Part shown: one piece after another, positions 20,219 to 29,744 of the stretch
Layout: every line of letters begins with the position of its first letter
Position numbering within the stretch: the first letter of the stretch is position 1
Origin: Cytophagales bacterium Ga0077538
GTDB taxonomy: Bacteria; Bacteroidota; Bacteroidia; Cytophagales; Cyclobacteriaceae
Direction: 5' to 3'
NCBI GenBank assembly: GCA_001464155.1
Contig: LNEN01000305.1
Span: forward strand, 28,297-92,296
DNA length: 64,000 nucleotides
Program-made: the position numbers and the translations under genes
The notes under the pieces: generated by a model
Database searches by the model: none
What the model saw: the letters and a program-made list of their open reading frames with translations, nothing else
What the model was told of the DNA's origin: nothing

Positions 20219-21316
20219 ATGGCTAAATTAGGCTCAATTACAATTAATGAAATAGAGATCGTCGAAGTTGACGTGTCTCCTATTATTGATGGGTTTGCTG
20301 CCAATGATGGTTCAATTGCTTTTTTAACTGATGGAACTGCGATTTTCTTAAAAACAGCTGGTGGACCAACTGCTTGGCAATCAGTAAATAAAGCTTTTGT
20401 TGGTTTAGGTAACGCCGACAATACTTCTGATGCTAATAAACCTGTATCTACAGCAACTCAAACTGCTCTAAATGGTAAGGCTAATTTAGCTGGTGGAAAT
20501 GTTTTCACTGGAAATCAAGATTTTAGTAATGGTGGTATTTTCTTTGATAGCGGTGGAGAAACTAGATTTGGCTTAGGTGGCTATACCGATCCAGATCCTG
20601 GAACTTTATATAACATAAAATATGGAAGCACTACTTCTCGAAGTATGGCAGTTCGCGGAATCTCCTATTTCCTCGATCAAATGGGTATTGGTGCACAAAC
20701 TCCATCGGCTTCTGCAAAATTACAAATAGATTCGACTACACAAGGTTTCTTACAGCCTAGAATGACATCTGCTCAAAGATTGGCAATAGCTTCTCCAGCT
20801 ACAGGGCTGCAAGTATATGATACGAATTTATCTGCTAGATGCGTATATGCTGGAACGCATTGGTCTTTTGAATATGATATCGCAACAGATGTAATTCAAA
20901 CAACTACGTCAAGCACTTACGCTAATATTACACAACTCGTAACATCAGATTTAGAACCTGGACTTTATGCTGTACGACTTAGAGGTATCATGCAATCAAC
21001 AGCTACAGCAAACGGAGTTGGTTTAAGATTAGTCGCAAGAACTGCTACAATTTCTGAAGTAAATATTAATTGGACTTTTTCTCAAGGTGGAGCCGGTACA
21101 GATAAAAACTTTGAATATTCACAATTGGCTGTTGGAGATAATGTAACTTCAGCAAGCGCTCAGACAGCAAACGCTAATTTTCCGGTAGCTGGAGATGGTA
21201 TTGTGAGAATTAGTGCTCTAGGAACTATAGCTATACAATTTAGATCTGAAAATAATGGAACTGGTAGCTCTATTAGACCTAATTCTTCTTTGATTTTTAG
21301 AAAAGTGAGCAACTAA
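20219..21316 (+). CDS. Tail fibre protein
   Basis: VGLGNADNTSDANKPVSTATQTAL and STTQGFLQPRMT fibre motifs. Confidence 0.8.
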   Translation: MAKLGSITINEIEIVEVDVSPIIDGFAANDGSIAFLTDGTAIFLKTAGGPTAWQSVNKAFVGLGNADNTSDANKPVSTATQTALNGKANLAGGNVFTGNQDFSNGGIFFDSGGETRFGLGGYTDPDPGTLYNIKYGSTTSRSMAVRGISYFLDQMGIGAQTPSASAKLQIDSTTQGFLQPRMTSAQRLAIASPATGLQVYDTNLSARCVYAGTHWSFEYDIATDVIQTTTSSTYANITQLVTSDLEPGLYAVRLRGIMQSTATANGVGLRLVARTATISEVNINWTFSQGGAGTDKNFEYSQLAVGDNVTSASAQTANANFPVAGDGIVRISALGTIAIQFRSENNGTGSSIRPNSSLIFRKVSN

Positions 21317-21317
21317 T

Positions 21318-21689
21318 ATGATTATTTATAATGGAATAGTTTGCAGAACATTGCAAGAATTAGAAGATGCAATTATATCTCTACCTGAAGATCAAAAAAT
21401 ACTAATTAGAAATGACTTTAATCAAACAGTTAATTTACAACAAACTAGTATTGCATCAGTAACTCCACGACAAATGCGTATCGCTTTAATTATGTCTGGA
21501 ATATCTTTGTCAACAATAGATGCCATAATTGACACACTACCAGAACCAAATAAATCTATTACTAGAGTTACATGGGAATATTCTGTTGAGTTTCAAAGAA
21601 ATAATCCTATTTTAGTTGCCATGGTTCCCGCTTTAGGTTTAACTACACAGCAGATAGATCAATTATTTGCCCTTGCGATCACTTTATGA
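21318..21689 (+). CDS. Tail-fibre-associated (assembly/chaperone-like) protein
   Basis: VTPRQMRIAL...WEYS..F.R..P...LGLT..QID.LF motif, follows fibre genes. Confidence 0.6.
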   Translation: MIIYNGIVCRTLQELEDAIISLPEDQKILIRNDFNQTVNLQQTSIASVTPRQMRIALIMSGISLSTIDAIIDTLPEPNKSITRVTWEYSVEFQRNNPILVAMVPALGLTTQQIDQLFALAITL

Positions 21690-22186
21690 AAGTCAAACTT
21701 TCTTATTTATTTTCAAGAAACGAAAAAATTGGTTCTAAAGTTATAGCTTTTGCAAGCGGTCTTTTAATTAAAGACTTAAAAAAAGTGCCATCTCACATGG
21801 CTCTTCTTATAGAAATACCTGAATGGCCAGAGGCTTTTGTATTAGAGTCTGTTTTAGAAACAGGAGTAAGAATTGTTCCTTACTCAAAGTGGCTTGAAAT
21901 AAACGAAGAGTGCTACAAAATTCCTTGTAAGCAAGAAAGAAATTTACAAGAAATTATTGCATATATGCATGACTATTGGGGAAGAAAATATGATTGGCTA
22001 GGAATAGCTTATTTTGCTTGGAGATTCTTTCTTAACTTAGCTTTCAAGAGAGATTTTCCAAAAGACAATGCTTGGCAATCTGACGATAAGTATTTCTGTA
22101 ATGAATTAGGTGGCGAGATATCGGGTTACCAAAAATACTCAATGGTAACCCCTGCTAAGATGTGTTCTGACTTTTTAAAGATGTAG
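21686..22186 (+). CDS. Permuted papain-like (YiiX/YebB-type NlpC/P60) enzyme
   Basis: PSH...LES...GVR, G.KYD, YFCNEL, VTP motifs. Confidence 0.7.
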   Translation: MKVKLSYLFSRNEKIGSKVIAFASGLLIKDLKKVPSHMALLIEIPEWPEAFVLESVLETGVRIVPYSKWLEINEECYKIPCKQERNLQEIIAYMHDYWGRKYDWLGIAYFAWRFFLNLAFKRDFPKDNAWQSDDKYFCNELGGEISGYQKYSMVTPAKMCSDFLKM

Positions 22187-22187
22187 T

Positions 22188-22568
22188 CTAATCTTCGACT
22201 ATAAGTCCTTCTAACGCTTCAACATCTTGAAAAGTTAGATTAATTTCATTACCTAAATCTGAAAGACTAATAGTAGGGATACTTACTTCTAAGTTAGCAA
22301 GTTCACCCATTTCTTTAACAAACTCTTGTAAACTGTCTGGTTCAAATTCCACAGATTGTTTATCATTTAATAGCAAGTTACCTGCTTCATCTTTTTTACC
22401 GAATTTCTTAAGTAAGTTGTTGCGCACTTCTTCATACTTTTGATACTCTTCGCGAACAGTCTTAATAACACCTTTTAATTTAAAAGCCACTTTAATTGGA
22501 AGAGTGGATGCTGCCAATTTATCTAAGGCTGCATGGAATCTCATATCTGCAATTCTAGCTAATTTCAT
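22188..22568 (-). CDS. Hypothetical phage protein (DUF1617-like)
   Basis: LPIKVAFKL...LLKKFGKKDE.G pattern; SD AGGAGAGG. Confidence 0.55.
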   Translation of the reverse strand: MKLARIADMRFHAALDKLAASTLPIKVAFKLKGVIKTVREEYQKYEEVRNNLLKKFGKKDEAGNLLLNDKQSVEFEPDSLQEFVKEMGELANLEVSIPTISLSDLGNEINLTFQDVEALEGLIVED

Positions 22569-22596
22569 AACCTCTCCTTATGATAAGATTATACTT

Positions 22597-22992
22597 ATGT
22601 GGTTAGAAGCTTTAAAAGATAAGTGGATTGCGTTTATTAACAGGATGAATCGTCTAGGTATTCCTGTACCTACAGTACGTGACCCTAAGACAGGTAAAGG
22701 TTCAATCACAGCGGCCTTAGTTGTATTTTCTGCAGGACTCTTTGGAATTTGTATCTTATTTATGCTTGCATCTGCTATTGCTAAATGGGCAGGACTGTTT
22801 GTCCTTACAGATGCCTCTATTGTTCAAGTTAAAACTGCTGCTGACTATTCATTTCAATTTCTATTAGCTGCTCTTGGTGGATACCTTGGTCGCTATATGC
22901 AAAAAGGTGACTCTAGTCTTTCTTCTGAGGAATCTCCAACTCAATCAAAGAATCAGGCGGCCCAGAAGGCTGACGATCCAGATCAGCAATAA
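22597..22992 (+). CDS. Membrane protein, holin candidate
   Basis: Two hydrophobic segments, DPKTGKGS motif; TAAGAT 7 nt before ATG. Confidence 0.5.
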   Translation: MWLEALKDKWIAFINRMNRLGIPVPTVRDPKTGKGSITAALVVFSAGLFGICILFMLASAIAKWAGLFVLTDASIVQVKTAADYSFQFLLAALGGYLGRYMQKGDSSLSSEESPTQSKNQAAQKADDPDQQ

Positions 22993-23140
22993 GTTGCTGC
23001 ATCTCATAAATAGCCCCTACAACTTGATGTAATCTTACTTCAATTTCAGCATCTCTTTTAGAGAGGGCTCTACGTTCATTATCCAAAGATTGGATTTCTT
23101 CTGACAATTGAGCTATACGCTTTTCTAATGCTTGTTTCAT
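22913..23140 (-). CDS. Small coiled-coil protein (leaderless)
   Basis: TATAAT 6 nt before ATG; overlaps 3' end of opposite gene. Confidence 0.55.
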   Translation of the reverse strand: MKQALEKRIAQLSEEIQSLDNERRALSKRDAEIEVRLHQVVGAIYEMQQLIADLDRQPSGPPDSLIELEIPQKKD

Positions 23141-23153
23141 AAAATGATTATAC

Positions 23154-23184
23154 AAAAAAGCCCGGTCACCTTGCGATGCCGGGC
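23154..23184 (-). terminator. Rho-independent terminator
   Basis: GCCCGG...CCGGGC stem followed by T6 on - strand. Confidence 0.8.
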
Positions 23185-23328
23185 CAAGAACATAACTCCT
23201 CGGGAGAGCTGTTTTTATATTGAATCGGATTAAGGCCCATGAAAGGGCATGATTTTGTAATCAAATTGAATCTAGGCATGTTTCTGGATGCCAGGAAGTA
23301 TCTATACCGATCATTACCGGTTATAGTA
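23154..23328 (-). ncRNA. Candidate small RNA, about 170 nt
   Basis: TATACT at 23333-38, several hairpins, terminator, no convincing ORF. Confidence 0.4.
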
Positions 23329-23396
23329 CCTTAGTATAACTAACTAAGTACTTAACATGATATTATTAAGTAAGTAACTTTAGGTGGGGACTCGGC

Positions 23397-23810
23397 ATGG
23401 CTAAAACTACAGATGAGATGTTGAACAAAATTAGCGAAAAGCTAGATGACGTAGTTGACTCTATCCATAAAGTAGACAAAGAAGTAGCCTTACAAAAATC
23501 AGCATTTGATGATCATCTTAAGCAAGATGAAAAGATGTATGAAGAGTTCAAAAGAATGAACGATATTCTTCAGCAAAATACAGAATCCCTTAAAGAGCAC
23601 ATGCATAGAACAGAAATTGCAGAGCAAAGACAGCAAATTTTAGAAGACTTAGTTCGAAGTATTGATATGCGTCTTTCACCATTTGAGCAAAATAAATTAG
23701 AAGAAGAAGCTGTTACAAAATATAGAAATGAAAAATTGATTAAGATTGGTAAGATCTTGGGAGTTATAGCCACTATAGTAGCTATAGTTGCTGGACTTAA
23801 AACTCTATAA
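23397..23810 (+). CDS. Coiled-coil protein with C-terminal TM helix (lysis-associated candidate)
   Basis: Heptads then ILGVIATIVAIVAGL. Confidence 0.55.
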   Translation: MAKTTDEMLNKISEKLDDVVDSIHKVDKEVALQKSAFDDHLKQDEKMYEEFKRMNDILQQNTESLKEHMHRTEIAEQRQQILEDLVRSIDMRLSPFEQNKLEEEAVTKYRNEKLIKIGKILGVIATIVAIVAGLKTL

Positions 23811-23897
23811 TCAACTTAAATTAATGATAAGATTAAATTTGATGGTTCCAGACATGGTGTCTTGGTTCCTGTTAAACCCATAAATAAGGAGAATAAC

Positions 23898-24116
23898 ATG
23901 GCTCTATCAACAAAAGCAAAAAAGAGACTTGAAGTAGCAATGGCACGACGTGCTGAAGCTCAAGAAATCATTGCTGCAATCGAAGCTGGCGGAAACGCTC
24001 AAGCTGCCGCAGTTGCTGATATCGCAGATCCTGCTACCGCTACTGCTGAAGACGTTGCTAACAAAGTAAACGCACTTCTTGCATCATTGCGCGCTGCTGG
24101 TTTGCTTGCAATGTAA
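23898..24116 (+). CDS. Head fibre/decoration-like small protein
   Basis: QAAAVADI...ATAEDVANKVNALLASLRAAG motif; SD AAGGAG. Confidence 0.6.
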   Translation: MALSTKAKKRLEVAMARRAEAQEIIAAIEAGGNAQAAAVADIADPATATAEDVANKVNALLASLRAAGLLAM

Positions 24117-24142
24117 TTAACAAATAGGTAATTACTCGATTT

Positions 24143-24172
24143 AAAAAGGCTAGGGAAACCTAGCCTTTTTTT
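24143..24172. terminator. Bidirectional terminator between convergent modules
   Basis: AAAAAGGCTAGG-GAAA-CCTAGCCTTTTTTT. Confidence 0.9.
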
Positions 24173-24174
24173 AT

Positions 24175-24624
24175 TTACCCCACTGTGTAAGTGATGTGCC
24201 AGAAACCGTCTTCTTCTTGCTTTGCTTCGACTTTAACGTCTTGCATTTGGAGGATTTCATTGAAGTCCTTATATAGGTCTTTTGCAATAACCTTTGTGAT
24301 TCCACAGTTGAGTAACATTCGCATGCAAAGCTTGCATGGACTAAGAGTACATACCAAAAAACAATTATTCATTGATATTCCCTCTTTAGCAGAGTTACAT
24401 ATCAAGTTTTGTTCTGCATGAACTATGTATTCATATTTATCTGGTCTTGTGTTTGGAAGAGCACTATCATTAGCTCCACGAACAAAACCATTATATCCAG
24501 TGGCTATGATAGCACCAGAATCATTTTTAACAAGGATAGCTCCAACTTTTGTTTCAGCGTCATGAGATCGCTTAGCAATAGTAGAAGCAACATCCATATA
24601 ATTCTGGGTTTTACTAGGTCTCAT
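24175..24624 (-). CDS. dCMP deaminase
   Basis: TGYNG, HAEQN, SPCKLC zinc motifs. Confidence 0.9.
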   Translation of the reverse strand: MRPSKTQNYMDVASTIAKRSHDAETKVGAILVKNDSGAIIATGYNGFVRGANDSALPNTRPDKYEYIVHAEQNLICNSAKEGISMNNCFLVCTLSPCKLCMRMLLNCGITKVIAKDLYKDFNEILQMQDVKVEAKQEEDGFWHITYTVG

Positions 24625-25421
24625 TTCTTTTCCTGAGCAGGCTCTTGTCCTAGATAAATGACATCTCTATTGAATTCTACTATTAGTTTATCTCTATTGG
24701 GATATTTGCCAGAGTAACTTATTTTATAAGTATATGTTGCATTTACTGGTGCCGCAATACCGTTTGATTTTGCAATATCTTTAAATCTTTTCCAATCCCA
24801 AGAACTGCCTCTTTCTAAATCAGAGATTAGAACTTTTTTCATTTCAGTTATTGTGTGATCTTGAACAAATCTACCTGTATAGTCAGATGTAGTCCAAAAC
24901 GTATCTCCAACTTTAAGTTTTTCAAAGGCATCATTAAACTCTTGAACAGTTTTAGGTTTAATGCCAATTTTACGATTCATCTTGGAAACGATTTTACGTC
25001 CAGCTAATGAAGCCTTATGTATTTTTTTAATATCAAAGTTATCTATTTCACCTAGCAATATGTGTTCGGCATACTCAGGATCAACTTCAAATTTAGTACA
25101 AGATAAATCGAAATCAGTTACACAAAATAACTCTTTACCAAAGGTGCCATTGGCAACACGCAACTGTTTGAAGTAGCCGATTCCATGCTCATCTTCATAG
25201 ATGTAAACATATCTTTGAGCCAGTTTATTATCGGAATTGATATTTTCAACAACCCAGCTAGTCTTTTTTGTCATATAGTCTGTTCGAAGATGATACTTTA
25301 AAACAACATCACCTATTTCAAACTTCATCATATCTTTTTGTTCAATCCATCTGCGCACAGGATTAGATTCAAGTGCTGCTTGCACTTGTTTTAGTTCATC
25401 GGGTGTAAGATCTACTTTCAT
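24621..25421 (-). CDS. Hypothetical protein, paralog of 26970-27710
   Basis: Shared FxxGD, FEVDPxY and LKVGD motifs. Confidence 0.6.
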   Translation of the reverse strand: MKVDLTPDELKQVQAALESNPVRRWIEQKDMMKFEIGDVVLKYHLRTDYMTKKTSWVVENINSDNKLAQRYVYIYEDEHGIGYFKQLRVANGTFGKELFCVTDFDLSCTKFEVDPEYAEHILLGEIDNFDIKKIHKASLAGRKIVSKMNRKIGIKPKTVQEFNDAFEKLKVGDTFWTTSDYTGRFVQDHTITEMKKVLISDLERGSSWDWKRFKDIAKSNGIAAPVNATYTYKISYSGKYPNRDKLIVEFNRDVIYLGQEPAQEKK

Positions 25422-25657
25422 GATTCACGACCTGATTGAGATTGCATAGGCCCACAGACTCGACAGACAATTCGTTCGCCTTGCTTATTACCATCTTGGT
25501 CAACAATTTCTTGCCAAAACCATTGATGTGGTGGACATTGTTTCTTTTCAATTACAAGCTTTTCACTAACTCCAGTAGATGCTCCACCAACTTCACCAGG
25601 CTTAGGCATTACTAATGCAATTATAATTATTAGTGCAATTACAAATAAAAACTCCAT
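25418..25657 (-). CDS. Small membrane-anchored Zn-binding protein
   Basis: N-terminal TM; CPPH...CRVC. Confidence 0.55.
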   Translation of the reverse strand: MEFLFVIALIIIIALVMPKPGEVGGASTGVSEKLVIEKKQCPPHQWFWQEIVDQDGNKQGERIVCRVCGPMQSQSGRES

Positions 25658-25917
25658 TAATCCTCCGGATCTGGCTCAATAGAAGATAAGTCATCTTCTT
25701 TAGATTCAAGATCCTCAATAATATCCTTAGGTCCTACAAATACTCTATGTGGATCATGAGTGACTTTTTTTAATCGCTTAACTTTAACTTTTTGTTTAAT
25801 CATCTTACCTGTTACAGGATCTTTGACTTCAACATCCATTTCGATAATTTCCTCAATTTGAGGATCTTTGAAGACATGGTTAGTTTTCTTATTCTTTGCG
25901 CCTTTAGGTCTAGCCAT
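25657..25917 (-). CDS. Hypothetical protein with AT-hook-like N-terminus
   Basis: MARPKGAKNKK. Confidence 0.5.
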   Translation of the reverse strand: MARPKGAKNKKTNHVFKDPQIEEIIEMDVEVKDPVTGKMIKQKVKVKRLKKVTHDPHRVFVGPKDIIEDLESKEDDLSSIEPDPED

Positions 25918-26453
25918 TATTTCCACTCCGCTTCTATAACTTGCTGTATAGCTTCTGCATATCGTTTAATAGGTCCTGGAAATCGCTCCTGATAAGCAAA
26001 TTTGCACCACTCGCTGTAGTTTCCTGAGACAATAATTTGTGTGTAAACATTGACGGGAGTAATAACCTGTGAGATAAACTTGTCACAACCATCTGCTTGG
26101 TATGCTTTAGGATTAATGAGGAGGGCATCAGTTGTTCTAAGAAGATCATCAGAGATAGCTTGACTTGTAACGACGTCAGTTCCTCTGATAGAGGTGGCAT
26201 CTGGGATATAAGCATCTGGTATGTCGGTTTGTTGGTTGGCATCAATCACCTTTAAATTAAACTTAGATAATGCAAGTTGCACAAACAATGGGCATTTAAT
26301 AACTACAACCATGGAACCAAGATCCTCTAAAGAAGTAGGATATTCGCCACCGAAAAACTCGGCACCAATATCGCGCATCTTTTGAGTAGTAACCGAGCTA
26401 TCAAGAAGGGCAACATAGCCTTTATCTAGCACCGGAATCTTATTAAGAAGCAT
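25917..26453 (-). CDS. Degenerate ThyX-fold protein
   Basis: VLDKGYVALLDS, IKCPLFV, P.NVYT.I..SGN..EW.KF resemble ThyX; RHRxxS motif absent. Confidence 0.55.
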   Translation of the reverse strand: MLLNKIPVLDKGYVALLDSSVTTQKMRDIGAEFFGGEYPTSLEDLGSMVVVIKCPLFVQLALSKFNLKVIDANQQTDIPDAYIPDATSIRGTDVVTSQAISDDLLRTTDALLINPKAYQADGCDKFISQVITPVNVYTQIIVSGNYSEWCKFAYQERFPGPIKRYAEAIQQVIEAEWK

Positions 26454-26947
26454 TATAAATCCTCGTCTTCTTCGTCTTTCTTTTTAGAAGCTTCAGCTTC
26501 TTTAGCCGCCAAAGCATCTGCATCTAATGGATTATCCTCACCGTCACCAACAACTATGCCGGCACGGCAAGTATAGTCTTTAACTTCATCGAATACGCCT
26601 GCAAGCATTGATTCAGTAATAATGTCTTGAAAGTTTGCTTCAATGTAATCGATTGTATTTTCATCTAAATAAATAGGCTTAGCACTAGGATCTTTTTGCA
26701 AGATTACAGCTTTGCAGTGATGTTGATGCTCTTTCCAGATCATGCCTACTTGTTCACACATTTCTTCAAATGTATAAGGTCCGCGGATTGTTGAGCAAAC
26801 GAACTTGACACCGCTTCGCTCGCCCTGATTGACAGCAACAAGATATTGTTTGTCTTTTAATTCTGAGAGATCCATTGTTTCTAATTCACCAATGAAATCA
26901 TCTCCAGACTTAACAGGTAAATTCATATTAGGTATTTGTTGCGACAT
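26453..26947 (-). CDS. Hypothetical protein
   Basis: ORF with SD GGAGG. Confidence 0.6.
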   Translation of the reverse strand: MSQQIPNMNLPVKSGDDFIGELETMDLSELKDKQYLVAVNQGERSGVKFVCSTIRGPYTFEEMCEQVGMIWKEHQHHCKAVILQKDPSAKPIYLDENTIDYIEANFQDIITESMLAGVFDEVKDYTCRAGIVVGDGEDNPLDADALAAKEAEASKKKDEEDEDL

Positions 26948-26969
26948 AAGAGTACCTCCGAATGATATA

Positions 26970-27710
26970 TTATTTCGGATTTTTAAGCTCATTATAAGAA
27001 CGAGGTTGTCCGGAATATATAGCTGACCATTTAAAAACTAAATAATCAATATTAAAGATTTTGCCTTTAGAATCTTGTGCTGTTCCAAATACAACACCTT
27101 CTATTAACCTTGTGCCTTTATGAGAGATAGGAATAGGATCTAAAGTTAGTATAGTAAAATATGATTTAACTGATTTATAAACTACATCTCCAACTTTAAG
27201 AGACTTAAGATAGTTTAATAAGGCTGCATTATTTCGCCAATCGATTTTAAGCTTTTTATTGTGCTCTGTGATTTCTTTAAAAGTTTTACTTTTAATCTTA
27301 TGTGCTTCAGAGGCATCATAATTTTCTTCATCAGAAAGAATAATTGCATCTTCATAGTCTGGGTCTACTTCAAACTCAAAATCAGAAGGATTAATCATCC
27401 TATGTCCACCGTCAAATCTTAGTGGAGATAGTAAGTTTCCAACTGGGTTACCCTTCTTATTTAATTCCTTGATATAAGGCACGCCAAACCTACATGTATG
27501 AATAACAACATATTTTCTTGGCGCGCCATAAGAATTTGTAACTTGTTTTCGCTTACTATAGTGCGTTTGAGGTTGAAAAGCAATTAAAAAATCACCCACT
27601 TTAAATTTAGCAGCATCTTTTAAACCACCCATGATAGAGGCAATTATTTCTTCTCTTTCTCTAATATAAGAGAGCTCATTAGGTTCTAGTGTTTTAGCTT
27701 TTTTCGCCAT
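26970..27710 (-). CDS. Hypothetical protein, paralog of 24621-25421
   Basis: Shared motifs. Confidence 0.6.
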   Translation of the reverse strand: MAKKAKTLEPNELSYIREREEIIASIMGGLKDAAKFKVGDFLIAFQPQTHYSKRKQVTNSYGAPRKYVVIHTCRFGVPYIKELNKKGNPVGNLLSPLRFDGGHRMINPSDFEFEVDPDYEDAIILSDEENYDASEAHKIKSKTFKEITEHNKKLKIDWRNNAALLNYLKSLKVGDVVYKSVKSYFTILTLDPIPISHKGTRLIEGVVFGTAQDSKGKIFNIDYLVFKWSAIYSGQPRSYNELKNPK

Positions 27711-28218
27711 ATAACATCTCTTCTTCAATTGTTGCTTCTACATGGGCTTGCTGTAATTCTTCGATAGAGATTCCATTAGGCATAGGGAGATGAGAGTATG
27801 GAATGAAACCTGTACTGTCTTGAGTAAATAGAGTATTACCAGATCCACTTAAAAAAGGAAATGGAGTAGAGGTTTTATTTTCTAACTCATTGATTCGGAC
27901 GCTTTGTGATGGCTTAGCACTATTCATTAAGTTTACTGTTTCTTGCCATAAAAAAGAATTTATAACATATTGGCGTAATTGTGAACTTTGTTTTTTAAAT
28001 ATGTTTAATTTAGTGACTTTTAAATCATTTGCATATTGAGACTTTAAGTTTTCAAGCTCTTGTTTTTCTTCTGCTGTCAATGGATCTTCTAAGCCAAGCA
28101 TTTTACGTAACTGTTCTAAGTCAGTGGCAGTAACAGTATTAGAAGGATATGTTCGACTATGAGAGGTGTACATATCTATAAGATCTTTAAAGAGTTGATC
28201 ATCTTGTTTTGATTTCAA
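27694..28218 (-). CDS. Hypothetical protein
   Basis: ORF in operon. Confidence 0.55.
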   Translation of the reverse strand: MKSKQDDQLFKDLIDMYTSHSRTYPSNTVTATDLEQLRKMLGLEDPLTAEEKQELENLKSQYANDLKVTKLNIFKKQSSQLRQYVINSFLWQETVNLMNSAKPSQSVRINELENKTSTPFPFLSGSGNTLFTQDSTGFIPYSHLPMPNGISIEELQQAHVEATIEEEMLYGEKS

Positions 28219-28220
28219 AA

Positions 28221-29018
28221 TTACATTTCTCCAAGCATCTTTTTTACCATCTCTTCATTACGCTCATAAATATGTAAGGAATGAACAGTGTGGGTGTAAT
28301 GCCCTTTTTTAAGATTAGGGTAATGTGGTTTTAATTCTTCAATCATTTTGTCCATTAATCCACAAAACCACGGAAGATCATAAACTAATCCAAGTGTGAG
28401 ATCATTAGAACGCATTACAACAGACAGGTGAAGCTCATCATTACGGATAAGGAAATTACCATGCATTGTGCACGTTTGATCCTTATTGCCCTTCCATTGA
28501 TGTTCTGGCAATGAAAATCGCAATATTGCTTGTCTTGTATCTTTATCGTCAATTAAAGATTGTCTTGCCCATTCCCATGGGGTTCTTCTGACTGGTCGAA
28601 CTTGGGAGATTGTACCTTCGCCTGGCTTGGTAGATGGGTGTGTAACATAAGTCTCAGTTTCGAAATCAGATCCGTGGGAACGCTTGCTCCAGATAAGGTG
28701 ACCGTAGGCCGAATTGACTGTGCCGTCAGGATTCGCAAGAGAGAGCCAAAATTTTGAGGCTCTTCCAAAATCCTCAGCCTTGTTAGTGCAGGAATCGTAA
28801 AGTTCGACCTCTTTGGCAGTATAGCTTGCAATTGTTCTGTTGCGTTCGGAATCTTTAGTAACGATAGCAGCATCAGTAGGTTGCAATACACGAAAAGTGT
28901 AGTCGAGTTTTTCTCTACATGGTTGTCCGCGAGGAGACGACTTAACATCTGGGTTGAAATAGACATCTGCGAGAGTTCCGAGATAGGCTTCTGAGACATT
29001 ATTGTATACTTTCATCAT
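28221..29018 (-). CDS. Thymidylate synthase-fold enzyme, likely dCMP (hydroxy)methylase
   Basis: DTRQA, DQTC, MRSND..LG..YD, SLHIYE; Asp at the specificity position. Confidence 0.8.
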   Translation of the reverse strand: MMKVYNNVSEAYLGTLADVYFNPDVKSSPRGQPCREKLDYTFRVLQPTDAAIVTKDSERNRTIASYTAKEVELYDSCTNKAEDFGRASKFWLSLANPDGTVNSAYGHLIWSKRSHGSDFETETYVTHPSTKPGEGTISQVRPVRRTPWEWARQSLIDDKDTRQAILRFSLPEHQWKGNKDQTCTMHGNFLIRNDELHLSVVMRSNDLTLGLVYDLPWFCGLMDKMIEELKPHYPNLKKGHYTHTVHSLHIYERNEEMVKKMLGEM

Positions 29019-29042
29019 TTCTCCTAATCGGAGGATATTGTA

Positions 29043-29744
29043 CTAATATTCTTTTGTCATTAGTTCTAGTTCTGCCGAGTAAATATTACTTCTAATTAGT
29101 TCTGTAAAGAATAGGCTTTGATAACCATCTATCTCAAAACCTTTTTTAATATATTTGGTTAAGCGCCTAATTGTACACCCACGTGGAACAGGATTAAAGG
29201 CAAGTCTTTTGGCAGTTGAATCTTCAATTGCACCTTTAACTACATATAAAGTCATAGTTGATATGTCAATTGCCATAGAGCATGCACGAATATCAAATCT
29301 AGATATAAGGTGCTCAGGAGATTTATAGTCGACACCATAAATCAAATTAAACTTAAGTCCCTCTATGTAACCGTAAGAGCACATTATATTATCGAATGAT
29401 GAAAAAAGGTGATGTTGAGCGTTATTCATAGTTAAGAATAACTGAGCATCTGCCTTAGATTTAAAGTATACATCAACATCGTCGTATGCATGATTTATAT
29501 TACCTATATGATGAGCAACATGATGCATGACAAATGATCCAGAAACTAAAGCGCCTGGAGGAAAATTAAAGTTACATGTGGCATTGATTTGCGTAGTAAG
29601 CACTTCTACGTTTGCATCATAGTCTTCCACTAACATGGCAGACCCAAGATGGTTAATTTGTTCATCAAATAGATCCTTACCTGATTTAAGTAAGGATCCA
29701 CTTAATGGAACAAAGAATTTAGGATTGTGCTTCCAAAAGTCCAT
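29043..29744 (-). CDS. Pol-beta superfamily nucleotidyltransferase (CCA/poly(A)-like head domain)
   Basis: SGS...DVDVYF, RFDI.AC, R..KY..KGF motifs. Confidence 0.65.
   Translation of the reverse strand: MDFWKHNPKFFVPLSGSLLKSGKDLFDEQINHLGSAMLVEDYDANVEVLTTQINATCNFNFPPGALVSGSFVMHHVAHHIGNINHAYDDVDVYFKSKADAQLFLTMNNAQHHLFSSFDNIMCSYGYIEGLKFNLIYGVDYKSPEHLISRFDIRACSMAIDISTMTLYVVKGAIEDSTAKRLAFNPVPRGCTIRRLTKYIKKGFEIDGYQSLFFTELIRSNIYSAELELMTKEY

Noticed and set aside
18390..21316. Diversity-generating retroelement at the fibre genes
   Set aside because: Only a short intragenic repeat; no reverse transcriptase or TR/VR pair in the window
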